Below are positions 20,682 to 30,275 of a DNA stretch of 64,000 nt, one piece after another. The notes beneath the pieces are model-generated. The model worked only from the letters and a program-made list of their open reading frames with translations, made no database searches and was not told where the DNA came from. The translations under genes and the position numbers were made by a program. Positions within the stretch are counted from its first letter, which is position 1. The number at the start of each line of letters is the position of its first letter. Origin of the DNA: Myxococcota bacterium (GTDB lineage: Bacteria > Myxococcota_A > UBA796 > SXON01); contig JAZKFH010000019.1 of assembly GCA_040386535.1 (NCBI GenBank), positions 290,186 to 354,185 on the forward strand, in the 5' to 3' direction.

Positions 20682-21899
20682 ATGGACGTCGTCTTCCTCT
20701 CGCCCGCCTACCCGCCGGAGATGGCCGAGTTCACCCGTGGGCTCGCCGAGGTGGGCGCGCGGGTGTACGGCGTGGGCGACTCCTCGCCCGACTCCCTCTC
20801 GGGCGCCCTCCGGGGGCACCTCGCCGACTACGTCCACGTGCCCCGCATCATGGACGACGCCGATGTCATCGCGCGCGTCGGGCGCTGGCTCGGGGGGCGC
20901 CGGCCAGACCGGATCGAGACGAACTGGGAGCCCCTCACCATCCTCGCCGCTCGGATGCGCGCCGCGTTCGGCGTGCCCGGCCTCGTGGAGGATGTCGTGC
21001 TCGGCTTCCGCGACAAGCCGCTCATGCGGGAGCGCGTGGCGCGGGCGGGCCTGCGCGTGCCCCGATCGGCCCGGGCCCGGACGCGGGCCGAGGCCTGGGA
21101 AGCGGCGGGGGAGATCGGGTTTCCCCTCATCGTCAAGCCGGTCGCGGGCGCCGGCAGCGCGGACACGTTCCGGGTGGGCGCGGCGCGCGAGCTCGACACC
21201 GTGCTCGACAAGATCCGGCACGTCCCCGAGGTGAGCGTCGAGGAGTTCGTCGAGGGGGACGAGTACACCTACGAGACGCTCTGCGTGGACGGCGAGCCGG
21301 TCTACGAGAGCGTGTGCCAATACTTCCCGAACGCCCTGGTGGCCCGCCAGAACGAGTGGATCAGCCCCATCATCCAGAGCATCCGCCACCTCGACGATCC
21401 GCGCGTGCGCGACGGCGTGACGCTCGGCCGCTCGGTGCTCCGCGCGCTCGGGATGGGCAGCGGGTTCACCCACATGGAGTGGTTCCGCACCCCGTCGGGG
21501 GAGGCCGTGTTCGGCGAGGTCGCCTGTCGCGCTCCGGGTGCGAACATGGTGGATCTGATGAACTACACCAGCGACGTCGACCTGTTCCGGGAGTGGGCGC
21601 GCGTCGTATGTCACGGCACGTGTGAGGCCCCCCGTGAGCGGCCGTGGAGCGCCGCGATCGTGTTCAAGCGGGCCGAAGGGCAGGGGAGGATCGCGGCCGT
21701 GGAGGGCGTCGAGGCGTTCCGGCGGCGCCACGGCAGCGCAATCGTCCGGCAGGACCTCCTCCAGATCGGCGCGCCGCGGCGGGACTGGAAGCAGACCTTC
21801 CTGTCCGACGGCAACGTCGTGGTGCGGCATCCCGACGGGGACGAGACCCTTCGCATCGCGATGGACGCCGCGGCCAACATCCATCTGCATGCGCGCTGA
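20682..21899 (+). CDS. ATP-grasp domain protein (carboxylate-amine ligase-like)
   Basis: FRDKPLMRE, IGFPLIVKPVAGAGSADTFRV, VEEFVEG, THMEWF, EVACRAPG. Confidence 0.85.
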   Translation: MDVVFLSPAYPPEMAEFTRGLAEVGARVYGVGDSSPDSLSGALRGHLADYVHVPRIMDDADVIARVGRWLGGRRPDRIETNWEPLTILAARMRAAFGVPGLVEDVVLGFRDKPLMRERVARAGLRVPRSARARTRAEAWEAAGEIGFPLIVKPVAGAGSADTFRVGAARELDTVLDKIRHVPEVSVEEFVEGDEYTYETLCVDGEPVYESVCQYFPNALVARQNEWISPIIQSIRHLDDPRVRDGVTLGRSVLRALGMGSGFTHMEWFRTPSGEAVFGEVACRAPGANMVDLMNYTSDVDLFREWARVVCHGTCEAPRERPWSAAIVFKRAEGQGRIAAVEGVEAFRRRHGSAIVRQDLLQIGAPRRDWKQTFLSDGNVVVRHPDGDETLRIAMDAAANIHLHAR

Positions 21900-21904
21900 C
21901 CGCC

Positions 21905-22981
21905 GTGGTTGAGCCCGCCGGCGGCACGGCCGCGGGCCGCTCGACGGCCTTCCGCATCCTGCTGGTGGCCGCGCTCCTCGGCGTCGGCTGGCTGGTGCAC
22001 CCCTATTTCCAGGTGCTCACCATCGCCGTGATCACGGCGGTGTTGGCCTCCCCGGTGCACGTGGGCGCGCTGCGCCTCCTCCGGGGGCGCGCCTACACGG
22101 CGGCCGTCGTGACGACCACGCTGCTCACCGTCGGGGTGTTCGTACCCCTCGCCGGCCTCACGTGGCTGCTCTCCCGCGAGCTGCTCCGTATCGCCAACGT
22201 CGTCGTGGTCTCCCTCCGCGAAGGCGGGCTCGACCGTGTGCTCGACACCCTCGACTCGCCGCTGTTGATGGGCTGGCTCGCCGACTTCGGCGTCGATCGC
22301 CAGGAGCTCTCCGCGGCGCTCGCCGACGGGGTCCAGCAGGTGTCCGTGGCCGTCGCCGGGGGCCTCGCGGCCAGCCTGCCGAACTTCTTCACGCAGACCG
22401 CCGGCGTGCTCCTCGACATCGTCGTGTTCTTCCTCTCCGTCGTGACCCTGCTCGCACGCGGTCCGGATCTGCTGCGGTGGATCGGGCGCATCTCCCCGCT
22501 CGATCCACGGTACCTCCAGCGCCTGTTCGATGTCTTCGCGAGCTTCGCGCGCAACGTGGTGCTGGCCGGCCTCGTGTGTGGCGTCCTGCAGGGCCTGGTC
22601 GCCACCCTCGGCTACTGGATCGCGGGCATCGACCGGCCGTTCGCGCTCGGCGTGCTCACGGGCGTGCTGACCTACGTGCCCTTCGTCGGCACCGCGCTGG
22701 TGTGGATCCCGCTCACGGCCGATCTCGTGTTGACCGGCGCGTGGGGCACCGCCGCGTTCATCCTCATCTGGTCGATCGTCATCACCGCCTCCGTCGACAA
22801 CGTCGTGCGGCCGCTCATCGTGCGGGGCCAGTCCGGCATCCACCCGCTGCTCATCCTGCTCGGCGTGCTCGGCGGCCTCGAGTGGCTCGGCATCGTCGGC
22901 GTGCTCATCGGGCCCGTGCTCGTGGCGATGTTGGCGACCTTGCTGACGTTGTACACGGAAGAGGTCGCGCCGAACGGATAG
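21905..22981 (+). CDS. AI-2E family transporter
   Basis: Multiple TMs; YVPFVGTALVWIP, DNVVRPLIV, IHPLLILLGVLGG..GVLIGP. Confidence 0.9.
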   Translation: MVEPAGGTAAGRSTAFRILLVAALLGVGWLVHPYFQVLTIAVITAVLASPVHVGALRLLRGRAYTAAVVTTTLLTVGVFVPLAGLTWLLSRELLRIANVVVVSLREGGLDRVLDTLDSPLLMGWLADFGVDRQELSAALADGVQQVSVAVAGGLAASLPNFFTQTAGVLLDIVVFFLSVVTLLARGPDLLRWIGRISPLDPRYLQRLFDVFASFARNVVLAGLVCGVLQGLVATLGYWIAGIDRPFALGVLTGVLTYVPFVGTALVWIPLTADLVLTGAWGTAAFILIWSIVITASVDNVVRPLIVRGQSGIHPLLILLGVLGGLEWLGIVGVLIGPVLVAMLATLLTLYTEEVAPNG

Positions 22982-22990
22982 ACCGCGGGG

Positions 22991-23911
22991 ATGTGGCTCG
23001 TCCTCGTCCTCTCTACCGCACACGCCGACGTTCCCCCGCCCATCGTCAACGGCGAGCTCACCCGCCTGTACCCGCAGGCCGTGTTGTTGCGGCATGCGGA
23101 CGCCGGTTGGAACAGCGTGTTCGTGTGCACCGGCACCCTCGTGGCGCCGCGCTGGGTGCTCACCGCCGCGCACTGCACCGTCGACGCGTACGGCTACGGG
23201 TTGACCGAGATGCACGTGTACGTCGGCCACGAGTGGACGTTCGGCGCCGACGAGATCGTGGCGGACGATTGGTTTCCCCACCCCGACTACTACGTGTCAC
23301 CCAACGGCCTGCAGATCGACCACGACCTCGGCTTCGTGCACCTCTCGGAGCCGATCGAGCTCGATCCGATCGCGCTCGCGACGACGGCGCCCGAGGTGGG
23401 GGAGGAGCTGCGTTGGGTGGGGTGGGGGGCCTCCGGCGACCACGCGGGCGACTCCGGCTACTACAAGCGCATGGCCGACATGCCGGTGGTGGGCCTGGAG
23501 GACGAGTTCCTGCTCGCCTACGACGCCGGCGGGGCGGCCACGTGCGGGGGGGACTCGGGCGGGCCCGTGTTCCGCCTCGGTGCCGACGGGGTGCCGACGC
23601 TGGTGGCCGCCCACTCGTTTGGCCGGGACGACGATGGCACGCTGTGCGCCGGGAGCACCTCGGGTGACACGCGGGTCGATCTGTACCTGGATTGGATCGC
23701 GGAGACGCTTGGGGAGGACACGGGCGAGCCCGACGACACCGATGCGGTGGACACGGACGCGGAGGACACGGACGCGGAGGACACCGGTCCCGACGAGGAC
23801 GAGGCCGCCGGCTGTGCGTGCGACAGCGCCACCTCGCCCGGCGGATCCTTGCTCCTCGCGCTCGCGACGATCGCCCCCCTCCTTCGGCGGCGCATCCGGC
23901 GGCGCCGATGA
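22991..23911 (+). CDS. Trypsin-like (S1) serine protease with MYXO-CTERM-like tail
   Basis: IVNG, CTGTLV..LTAAHC, HDLG, TCGGDSGGP; D/T linker then GCAC, hydrophobic segment, RRRIRRRR. Confidence 0.9.
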   Translation: MWLVLVLSTAHADVPPPIVNGELTRLYPQAVLLRHADAGWNSVFVCTGTLVAPRWVLTAAHCTVDAYGYGLTEMHVYVGHEWTFGADEIVADDWFPHPDYYVSPNGLQIDHDLGFVHLSEPIELDPIALATTAPEVGEELRWVGWGASGDHAGDSGYYKRMADMPVVGLEDEFLLAYDAGGAATCGGDSGGPVFRLGADGVPTLVAAHSFGRDDDGTLCAGSTSGDTRVDLYLDWIAETLGEDTGEPDDTDAVDTDAEDTDAEDTGPDEDEAAGCACDSATSPGGSLLLALATIAPLLRRRIRRRR

Positions 23912-24174
23912 CCCTCCTCGCGCTGTTGTTGGGCTGCGCCCGGAACGCGTGCGAGGACTGGGCGGCGGTCGCGCTCGCCTGTGTCGACGAGGCGGGGGAG
24001 GACACGCGCGTCTACGAACCCGACGCCGCCTGCCCCGGCTGGTCGTCCGAGGCGCAGGCCCTGTACGGCTCGTGGTACCGCTGCCAGGAGGACGCCTGGG
24101 CGGCGGCCGACTGCGCTTCCGCCGAAGGCGTCGAGACGGCGCGGGAAGACGCGGCCACGTGCCCGGCCCCCTGA
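23908..24174 (+). CDS. Small Cys-rich lipoprotein
   Basis: ATGA overlap; MTLLALLLGC lipobox; six further Cys. Confidence 0.65.
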   Translation: MTLLALLLGCARNACEDWAAVALACVDEAGEDTRVYEPDAACPGWSSEAQALYGSWYRCQEDAWAAADCASAEGVETAREDAATCPAP

Positions 24175-24222
24175 TCCGCCTGCGAGACTCGCAACCGGCC
24201 GCTCTGGTACGCTGTCCCCGCG

Positions 24223-25269
24223 ATGCTCGCCCGCCTGCTCCCGCCCGACCCGTCGATCCGCGCCCGGCGCCTGTCCGGGACGCTCGCGGCCCTGGCTGTG
24301 GTGGCGGTGGGGGTGCACCGTGTGGATCCGGCGCTTCCCTTTCCGCTGATCGAGTCCTGGGCGCTCGCCGGGGCCGGCGTCGCCGCGCTCCTCGCGGTCC
24401 CGGTGCCATTGGGGCCCCTGGGCCGGCGGATCGGCGCGCTGGTCGTGGGGGCGCTGCTCCTCCGCGCCGGGCTCCCCGCCGCCCACAACGCGACGTTCCC
24501 GTGGGTCGAGCTGGGGCGCGCGCGCCTCGCCGAGTGGGAGGATCTCGCGCTGTTCGGCTTGTGCCTCGCGACGGTGGCGACGGGTGCGGCCGCCACCGCC
24601 GCCGAGCGATGGATGGCGCGGGGCGCGGGGATCCTCGCGGCCGTCGCCCTCGGCGTCACCCTCTTCCTGCCGATCAAGTCGAGCTTCCAGGGCCTCGCGG
24701 CCCCGGCGCCGGGCATGACCGCGGTCCCCGTCCTCACGTGGCGCGGGCCGATCCCGCAGCGGTGGACCCGCACCTTCACCACCGGGAGCGGGCTGGTGTT
24801 GTTCCCCGAGCACGTACGGGACGAGTGGGCACTGATGGCCATTGCCGGCGGGATCCACCAGGACGCGGCGACCGCCGCCGTGAAGCGCGGGGAGACGCGC
24901 CCGTGGGTGGCCGCTGTGCAAGGCGGGGTGCGGATCGGGACGTGGACCGTGCTCCAGTGGATCGCGGCGCTCGCGCATGGCGCGCGGACCGTGGCGTTTC
25001 CGCTCGTGCTCGTGCTCGTCGGAGCCTCGTTCCTGGGGCGTCCGCCCCCTGAACGGCTCCGGCTCACGACGAGGTGGGTCTGCGGCGCCGGGCTCGTGCT
25101 GGTCCCCGCGGCCAACCTCGCGGCGCTGGTCGCGGGCACGCTGGTGTGGCTCCCGGATGGCGGCGGGCTGCGGATCTCCGCGGCAGCCTCGACCCTGGCG
25201 ATGCTCGCGCTCGTCGGGCTCGTCAGCGCCTCGGCGCCCGGTCGCTCCACCCTCGGAGCCGCGTCGTGA
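24223..25269 (+). CDS. Hypothetical multi-pass membrane protein
   Basis: Many hydrophobic segments; stop overlaps next GTG start. Confidence 0.6.
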   Translation: MLARLLPPDPSIRARRLSGTLAALAVVAVGVHRVDPALPFPLIESWALAGAGVAALLAVPVPLGPLGRRIGALVVGALLLRAGLPAAHNATFPWVELGRARLAEWEDLALFGLCLATVATGAAATAAERWMARGAGILAAVALGVTLFLPIKSSFQGLAAPAPGMTAVPVLTWRGPIPQRWTRTFTTGSGLVLFPEHVRDEWALMAIAGGIHQDAATAAVKRGETRPWVAAVQGGVRIGTWTVLQWIAALAHGARTVAFPLVLVLVGASFLGRPPPERLRLTTRWVCGAGLVLVPAANLAALVAGTLVWLPDGGGLRISAAASTLAMLALVGLVSASAPGRSTLGAAS

Positions 25270-26645
25270 TCCTCGCGCACCTCCTCCTCGCCTGCGCCGA
25301 CGCCCCCGTCACGACCGTGGCCCCGCCCGTCGCGGCGCCCTCGGCGACCGCCCCGGACCTCGTGATCGTGGGCGTCGCCGGGCTGCGCTCCGATCCACGC
25401 TCCCGCTCCAGCGACTGGTTCCTCGAGGCCTTCGCGGGCGAGAAGGGCGTCGTGTTCGCCAACGCGTACGCCCAGTCTCCCTCTACGTTCGTGAGCCTCG
25501 GGAGCCTCCTCACCGGGCGGTACCCCTCCGCGGTGCCGCTCTGCGGCTTCCCGAGCGATCCGGACGACACGACGGCCCAGGCGCCGTGGTGCACCGAGGT
25601 GCCGGCGTCGGTCCCGACGTTGCCGGGCGTGCTCGCGCTCTACGGCTACCGCACGGCGCTCCTGACGGCGGATGTGCAGGGCGCCGAGCGCCTCGCGCCG
25701 CTGTTCGAGGACACGATCGTCGCCTCGCGGCGATGGCAGGACCGCGCCACCGACTGGGATCGCGTCCGCACGCTGGCCGAGGAGTGGTGGAACGAGGACG
25801 CGACGCGCCCGCGCCTCCTGGTCGTGGCCGTCTCGGATCTGGACGCGCGCAACGTGCCGGCCCTCCGCGTGAAGATGGGGCTCGATCTTGCGGGGGAGGG
25901 GGGCGCGCCGACACGCATCGATCGCGCCCTCGTCACCACCGGCTACCAACAGGCCGCGCGCTCCACCGGCGCGGCCACGCGCGCCCTCGTGGACGCGCTC
26001 CGCGGCGGGTCGACGCGCCCCACGTGGGCCGCGGTCCTCGGCACGAACGGCGTCAACCTCGGCGATGCCTCCGTGCCCGCCCAGGCGCTCCGCGACCGCT
26101 CGTGGAACGACCTGCTCCTCGACCGCACGCTGCACGTGCCCCTCGCGCTGATCGGCCCCCCGGGCACGCCGCCGGCCCGCGTCGAGGAGCAGGTGGTGGA
26201 GCTGGTCGATTTGCTCCCCACGCTCCTGTCGCTGGGCGGCGCCGTGCCCCCCGCGGGCATCCCCGGCCAGGATCTGCTCGCGACGCCCTTCGTGGCGGAT
26301 CCTTATGCCACCGCCTACGGCGAGTTCGGCGACATGCTCACCGTGCGCTCCGGCGCGCGCGCGTGGTCGGTGCGGGCGTTCTTCCACAACCGGAGCGCCC
26401 TCGATCCCGAGCTCACCAACTTCGTGCTCGACTACCGGCCCGACGCCGGCAAGTACGCGCTCCACGACCTGGTGAACGACCCGTTCCAGGAGCGGAACCT
26501 CCTCGACGCCGACCCGTCGGGCGCGCGTCGGATGAACGATCTGCTCGTGAAGATCCGCACGGGGCCCGGCGCCCCGCCGGAGGGTGCCCTGGACGCGCGC
26601 CGGATCTGGGAGCTGCGGATGTCGCCGGCGGATGGCTACTGGTAG
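25266..26645 (+). CDS. Sulfatase/alkaline-phosphatase-fold lipoprotein with degenerate active site
   Basis: LLLAC lipobox; FANAYAQSPSTFVSLGSLLTGRYP, LHVPLAL, VELVDLLPTLL, LHDLVNDPFQERNL. Confidence 0.75.
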   Translation: MILAHLLLACADAPVTTVAPPVAAPSATAPDLVIVGVAGLRSDPRSRSSDWFLEAFAGEKGVVFANAYAQSPSTFVSLGSLLTGRYPSAVPLCGFPSDPDDTTAQAPWCTEVPASVPTLPGVLALYGYRTALLTADVQGAERLAPLFEDTIVASRRWQDRATDWDRVRTLAEEWWNEDATRPRLLVVAVSDLDARNVPALRVKMGLDLAGEGGAPTRIDRALVTTGYQQAARSTGAATRALVDALRGGSTRPTWAAVLGTNGVNLGDASVPAQALRDRSWNDLLLDRTLHVPLALIGPPGTPPARVEEQVVELVDLLPTLLSLGGAVPPAGIPGQDLLATPFVADPYATAYGEFGDMLTVRSGARAWSVRAFFHNRSALDPELTNFVLDYRPDAGKYALHDLVNDPFQERNLLDADPSGARRMNDLLVKIRTGPGAPPEGALDARRIWELRMSPADGYW

Positions 26646-26703
26646 GCGGCCCAGCCTGGAATTGCGCATCCGAAGCGCTTATGGTCAAGGTTTCGAGGTC
26701 CCC

Positions 26704-28164
26704 GTGAGCGTACCGAACGACGGCTCCGTCGCCAGCCTCTCCCCCGCCGGCGAACAGACGGCAGACCAGCGCGTGCGCGTGCCGTTCGACCGCCTCCGCG
26801 CCGCCTGGCGCGCCCAGACCACCCCGCCCGACGTGAGCGCGCGCCTCGCGTCGCTCGCGAAGCTCCAGGCGTGGATCGTGGCCCACCAGAAGGAGATCGC
26901 CGAGGCGGTCAGCGCCGACTTCGGCCATCGCTCCCACCACGAGACCATCGCCGCCGAGCTCGCGCTCTCCGCCACCGATCTGCAGCACACCCGCGCGCAC
27001 CTCTCCAGCTGGGCGCGGCCCGAGTCCCGGTCGACCTTCTGGGGGTTCCTCCCCGCGTCCTCGCGCCTCGTCCGCCAGCCGCTCGGCCTCGTGGGGGTCG
27101 TCGTCCCGTGGAACTACCCGTTCCAGCTCGCCGTGATGCCGCTCACCGCGGCCGTGGCGGCGGGCAACCGCGTGCTGCTCAAGCCCTCTGAGCTCACCCC
27201 CCGCACCGCGGAGCTCGTCACGACCATGGTCCGCGCGGTGTTCCCGCCCGACCAGGTCGACGTGGTGACCGGCGGCGCCGACGTCGGCGCGGCGTTCACG
27301 CGGCTCCCGTTCGACCACCTCTTCTTCACCGGCTCCACTTCGGTCGGCAAGATGGTCATGCGCGCCGCCGCGGAGAACCTCACCCCCGTCACCCTCGAGC
27401 TCGGCGGCAAGAGCCCGGTGATCGTGCACGCATCGTACGATCCGGCGCGGGCCGCCGAGACCGTCGCCGCGGGCAAGCTCCTCAACGCCGGTCAGACCTG
27501 CATCGCGCCGGACTACGTGCTCATCGCCCCCGAGCGGGTGGACGCGTTCGTGAAGGGCTACGAGCAGAGCGTGGCGCAGATGTACCCGCGCATCGTCGAC
27601 AATCCGGATTACACCAGCATCATCAACGATCGGCACTACGCCCGCCTCGATGCGCTGCTGGCCGACGCGGTGCAGAAGGGCGCCACGGTCAAGCAGATCA
27701 ACCCGGGCAACGAGACGGTCGGGACCTCGCGCAAGTTCTTCCCGACGATCGTGCTCGGCGCGACGCCGGACATGGCGCTGATGCAGGACGAGATCTTCGG
27801 GCCGATCCTGCCCGTGGTCGCGGTGAAGAGCGTGGACGAGGGCATCCGCTACGTCAACGAAAACCCGCGCCCGCTGGCGCTCTACTACTTCGACGACAAC
27901 GGGGCCCGCGTGGAGGACGTGTTGACGCGCACCACGTCGGGCGGCGCCTCGGTCAACGCGACGCTGTACCACATGGCCCAACACGACATGCCGTTCGGCG
28001 GCGTGGGCGCCAGCGGGATGGGTCGCTACCACGGGTTCGACGGATTCCGGACCTTCAGCCACGAGAAGAGCGTGTTCTACCAGACCCGGTTCAACGGCAC
28101 GGCCACGCTCCGGCCGCCGTACGGCAAGATGTTCGACAACCTCATGAAGCTGTTCGTCCGCTGA
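26704..28164 (+). CDS. Aldehyde dehydrogenase (coniferyl-aldehyde dehydrogenase-like)
   Basis: PWNYP, KPSE, FTGSTSVG, LELGGKSP, NAGQTCIAPDY, EIFGPILP, PFGGVGASGMGRYHG. Confidence 0.93.
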   Translation: MSVPNDGSVASLSPAGEQTADQRVRVPFDRLRAAWRAQTTPPDVSARLASLAKLQAWIVAHQKEIAEAVSADFGHRSHHETIAAELALSATDLQHTRAHLSSWARPESRSTFWGFLPASSRLVRQPLGLVGVVVPWNYPFQLAVMPLTAAVAAGNRVLLKPSELTPRTAELVTTMVRAVFPPDQVDVVTGGADVGAAFTRLPFDHLFFTGSTSVGKMVMRAAAENLTPVTLELGGKSPVIVHASYDPARAAETVAAGKLLNAGQTCIAPDYVLIAPERVDAFVKGYEQSVAQMYPRIVDNPDYTSIINDRHYARLDALLADAVQKGATVKQINPGNETVGTSRKFFPTIVLGATPDMALMQDEIFGPILPVVAVKSVDEGIRYVNENPRPLALYYFDDNGARVEDVLTRTTSGGASVNATLYHMAQHDMPFGGVGASGMGRYHGFDGFRTFSHEKSVFYQTRFNGTATLRPPYGKMFDNLMKLFVR

Positions 28165-28982
28165 TGATCCGGATCCTCGTCCCCTTCAACGGCTCGGCCA
28201 CCTCGCGCACCGCGTTGGCGTACGCCCGCCTGATCGCCCCGGATGACGCGACGGTCGTCCTCGCGTACGTGCTCCCCGCGCGGGATCTGCTCGACAACCT
28301 CGGCGTCGGCGCCGGGGCCCGCCGCGAGACCACCGCCCTCGTCACGGAGGCCGCGGCCACCTTTCCGCGGGGGGAGGTCCTGCTGTTGAAGGGCGATCCC
28401 GCCGAGGCCATCGCCGCGGAGGCCGCCCGCACCAACGTCGACCTCATCGTTTTCGGGTCGCGGGTGCGCTCCCGGCTCGCGGGGTTCGTGCTCGGCAGCA
28501 CCGGCGGCAAGCTCCTCCAGGCGGCGACCGTGCCGTTGATGGTCGTCCACGAGGCCGTGCCGGCCATCACCACGATCGTGGCGGCGGTGGAGACGGGTGT
28601 CCCCGCCGTGATCGTGGCGCGGGCGGCGCAGGTGCTCGCGAAGGCGACCGGAGCGCACGTCGCGCTCGTCAACGTCGTGGACGCGGACCCCGCCGTCGTC
28701 TCGACCCCCGACGAGTTCGGCATCCCCTCCGAGGTGTGGCGGGATGCCCTCTCCAAGCACGTCGAGCGGGTGTTCGGGCCGCTTCGCCTGCACGCGCCGG
28801 GCGCCTCCGAGATCCTGCGGTACGGGCGCGCGGTCGACGAGCTCCCCGACGCGGCGGAGGCGCTCGCGGCGCAGGTCATCGTGGTGGGGCGGCGCGGCAG
28901 CTCGGGCCGCGATGTGGACGCGTGGTCGAGCGTGGCCGCCAACCTAGCCGTCCGCGGGCCCTTCGCGACCCTCGTGGTGTGA
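28164..28982 (+). CDS. Tandem-domain universal stress protein
   Basis: RILVPFNGS, GDPAEAI, DLIVFGSR..VLGSTG; second domain VIVVGRRG. Confidence 0.85.
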   Translation: MIRILVPFNGSATSRTALAYARLIAPDDATVVLAYVLPARDLLDNLGVGAGARRETTALVTEAAATFPRGEVLLLKGDPAEAIAAEAARTNVDLIVFGSRVRSRLAGFVLGSTGGKLLQAATVPLMVVHEAVPAITTIVAAVETGVPAVIVARAAQVLAKATGAHVALVNVVDADPAVVSTPDEFGIPSEVWRDALSKHVERVFGPLRLHAPGASEILRYGRAVDELPDAAEALAAQVIVVGRRGSSGRDVDAWSSVAANLAVRGPFATLVV

Positions 28983-28989
28983 GGGCCGC

Positions 28990-29745
28990 GTGATCCACGG
29001 CAAGCGGGTCCACGTGGTGCTCCCGGCCTACAACGCCGCGCGAACGCTCGCCGCCACGCTCGCCGCGATCCCGGCCGGCGTGGTCGACACCGTGCTGCTC
29101 GTGGACGACGCGAGCACGGACAACACCGTGGCGGCGGCCGCCGCGCTGGGCATCCCGACGATCGTGCACCCCACCAACCGTGGCTACGGCGGCAACCAGA
29201 AGACCTGCTACCGCGCCGCGCTGGACGCGGGCGCCGACGTGATCGTGATGCTCCACCCCGACGGGCAGTACGATCCCCGGCTGATCCCGGCGATGGCGTC
29301 GCTCGTGGCGCTCGGGTCGTACGACCTGGTGCTGGGTTCGCGCGTGCTCGGGAGGGGCGCGCGCCACGGCGGGATGCCGGCCTGGCGGTTGCTCGGAAAT
29401 CGGGCGCTCACGTGGGTGGAAAATGTGCTGCTCGACCGCGCCCTCGCGGAGTGGCACACCGGGTACCGCGCGTGGTCCCGGGCTGCCCTCGAAGCCATCC
29501 CGTTCGAGCGCAACGCGGACGACTTCGTGTTCGACAACGAGGTGCTCGTGCAGGCGGTGCACCTCGGGCTCGAGATCGGCGAGGTGGCCTGCCCCGCCCG
29601 GTATGCGGCGGACTCGTCGTCCATCAGCGCGCCACGCGCCGCGCGGTACGCCGGGGGCGTGCTCGCGGCAGCGGTCACCTATCGGTTGGATCGGTGGGGC
29701 CTCATGCGGTCCGCGTTGCTTCGCGATCTGCCCCGCGGAGCGTGA
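28990..29745 (+). CDS. Glycosyltransferase family 2
   Basis: VVLPAYNAA, VDDASTD, NRGYGGNQKTCY, HPDGQYDP, FVFDNE. Confidence 0.9.
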   Translation: MIHGKRVHVVLPAYNAARTLAATLAAIPAGVVDTVLLVDDASTDNTVAAAAALGIPTIVHPTNRGYGGNQKTCYRAALDAGADVIVMLHPDGQYDPRLIPAMASLVALGSYDLVLGSRVLGRGARHGGMPAWRLLGNRALTWVENVLLDRALAEWHTGYRAWSRAALEAIPFERNADDFVFDNEVLVQAVHLGLEIGEVACPARYAADSSSISAPRAARYAGGVLAAAVTYRLDRWGLMRSALLRDLPRGA

Positions 29746-29747
29746 CA

Positions 29748-29781
29748 CCGGGTCAGCGTGTCACCCGGTCAACGTGTCACC
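29748..29781. repeat. 16-bp tandem duplication spanning the Usp stop codon; overlapping GTGACAC/GTGTCAC hairpin
   Basis: CCGGGTCAGCGTGTCA then CCCGGTCAACGTGTCA (2 mismatches). Confidence 0.65.
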
Positions 29782-30224
29782 AGCACCGGGACCGGGCTCT
29801 GCCGCAACACCCGCTCAGTCACCGAGCCGAGGAGCGCGTGCTTGATCCCCGTGTGCCCGTGGGTGCCCATGACCAGCAGATCGTAGGAGCCCATCCGGAC
29901 CTCGTTCAGGATCTCCTCCGGCGGGTACCCCTCGGCCAGCTTCTGGTCCCACTTCACGCTCGCGGGGATCTCCTCGCGCGCGAGCCTGTCGAGCGCCTTG
30001 CCGCGCTCGGCCATGAGCTCCCGCTGGAGCTGGACCAGGGACTCCGGCATGGGCACGCCGTAGGTCGGGAAGTCGAAGGTGGCGGCCTGTGGGAGCGAGC
30101 CGACGTGGAACAGGGTGATTCGGGTGTCACCCATCTGCGCGAGGCGAACCGCGAGCCGGAGCGCGGCGGTTCCAGGCTCCGAGAAGTCGGTCGGCACCAT
30201 GAGGTGGCGGAATACGGTTTCCAT
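29769..30224 (-). CDS. Universal stress protein
   Basis: LMVPTDFSE, DLLVMGTHGHTG..LLGSVTERVLRQSPVPVL. Confidence 0.93.
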   Translation of the reverse strand: METVFRHLMVPTDFSEPGTAALRLAVRLAQMGDTRITLFHVGSLPQAATFDFPTYGVPMPESLVQLQRELMAERGKALDRLAREEIPASVKWDQKLAEGYPPEEILNEVRMGSYDLLVMGTHGHTGIKHALLGSVTERVLRQSPVPVLVTR

Positions 30225-30245
30225 CGGTGAGTGCTAATCACCTGG

Positions 30246-30275
30246 TCTGGGGAATCAAAGTCCGGGGAATCAAAG
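30246..30275. repeat. 15-bp tandem duplication spanning the CotH stop codon
   Basis: TCTGGGGAATCAAAG then TCCGGGGAATCAAAG (1 mismatch). Confidence 0.7.

Noticed and set aside
30229..30237. GAGTGCTAA, a perfect CIRCE half-site just upstream of the Usp start
   Set aside because: The partner half-site 9 nt away is absent, so it is not an HrcA operator
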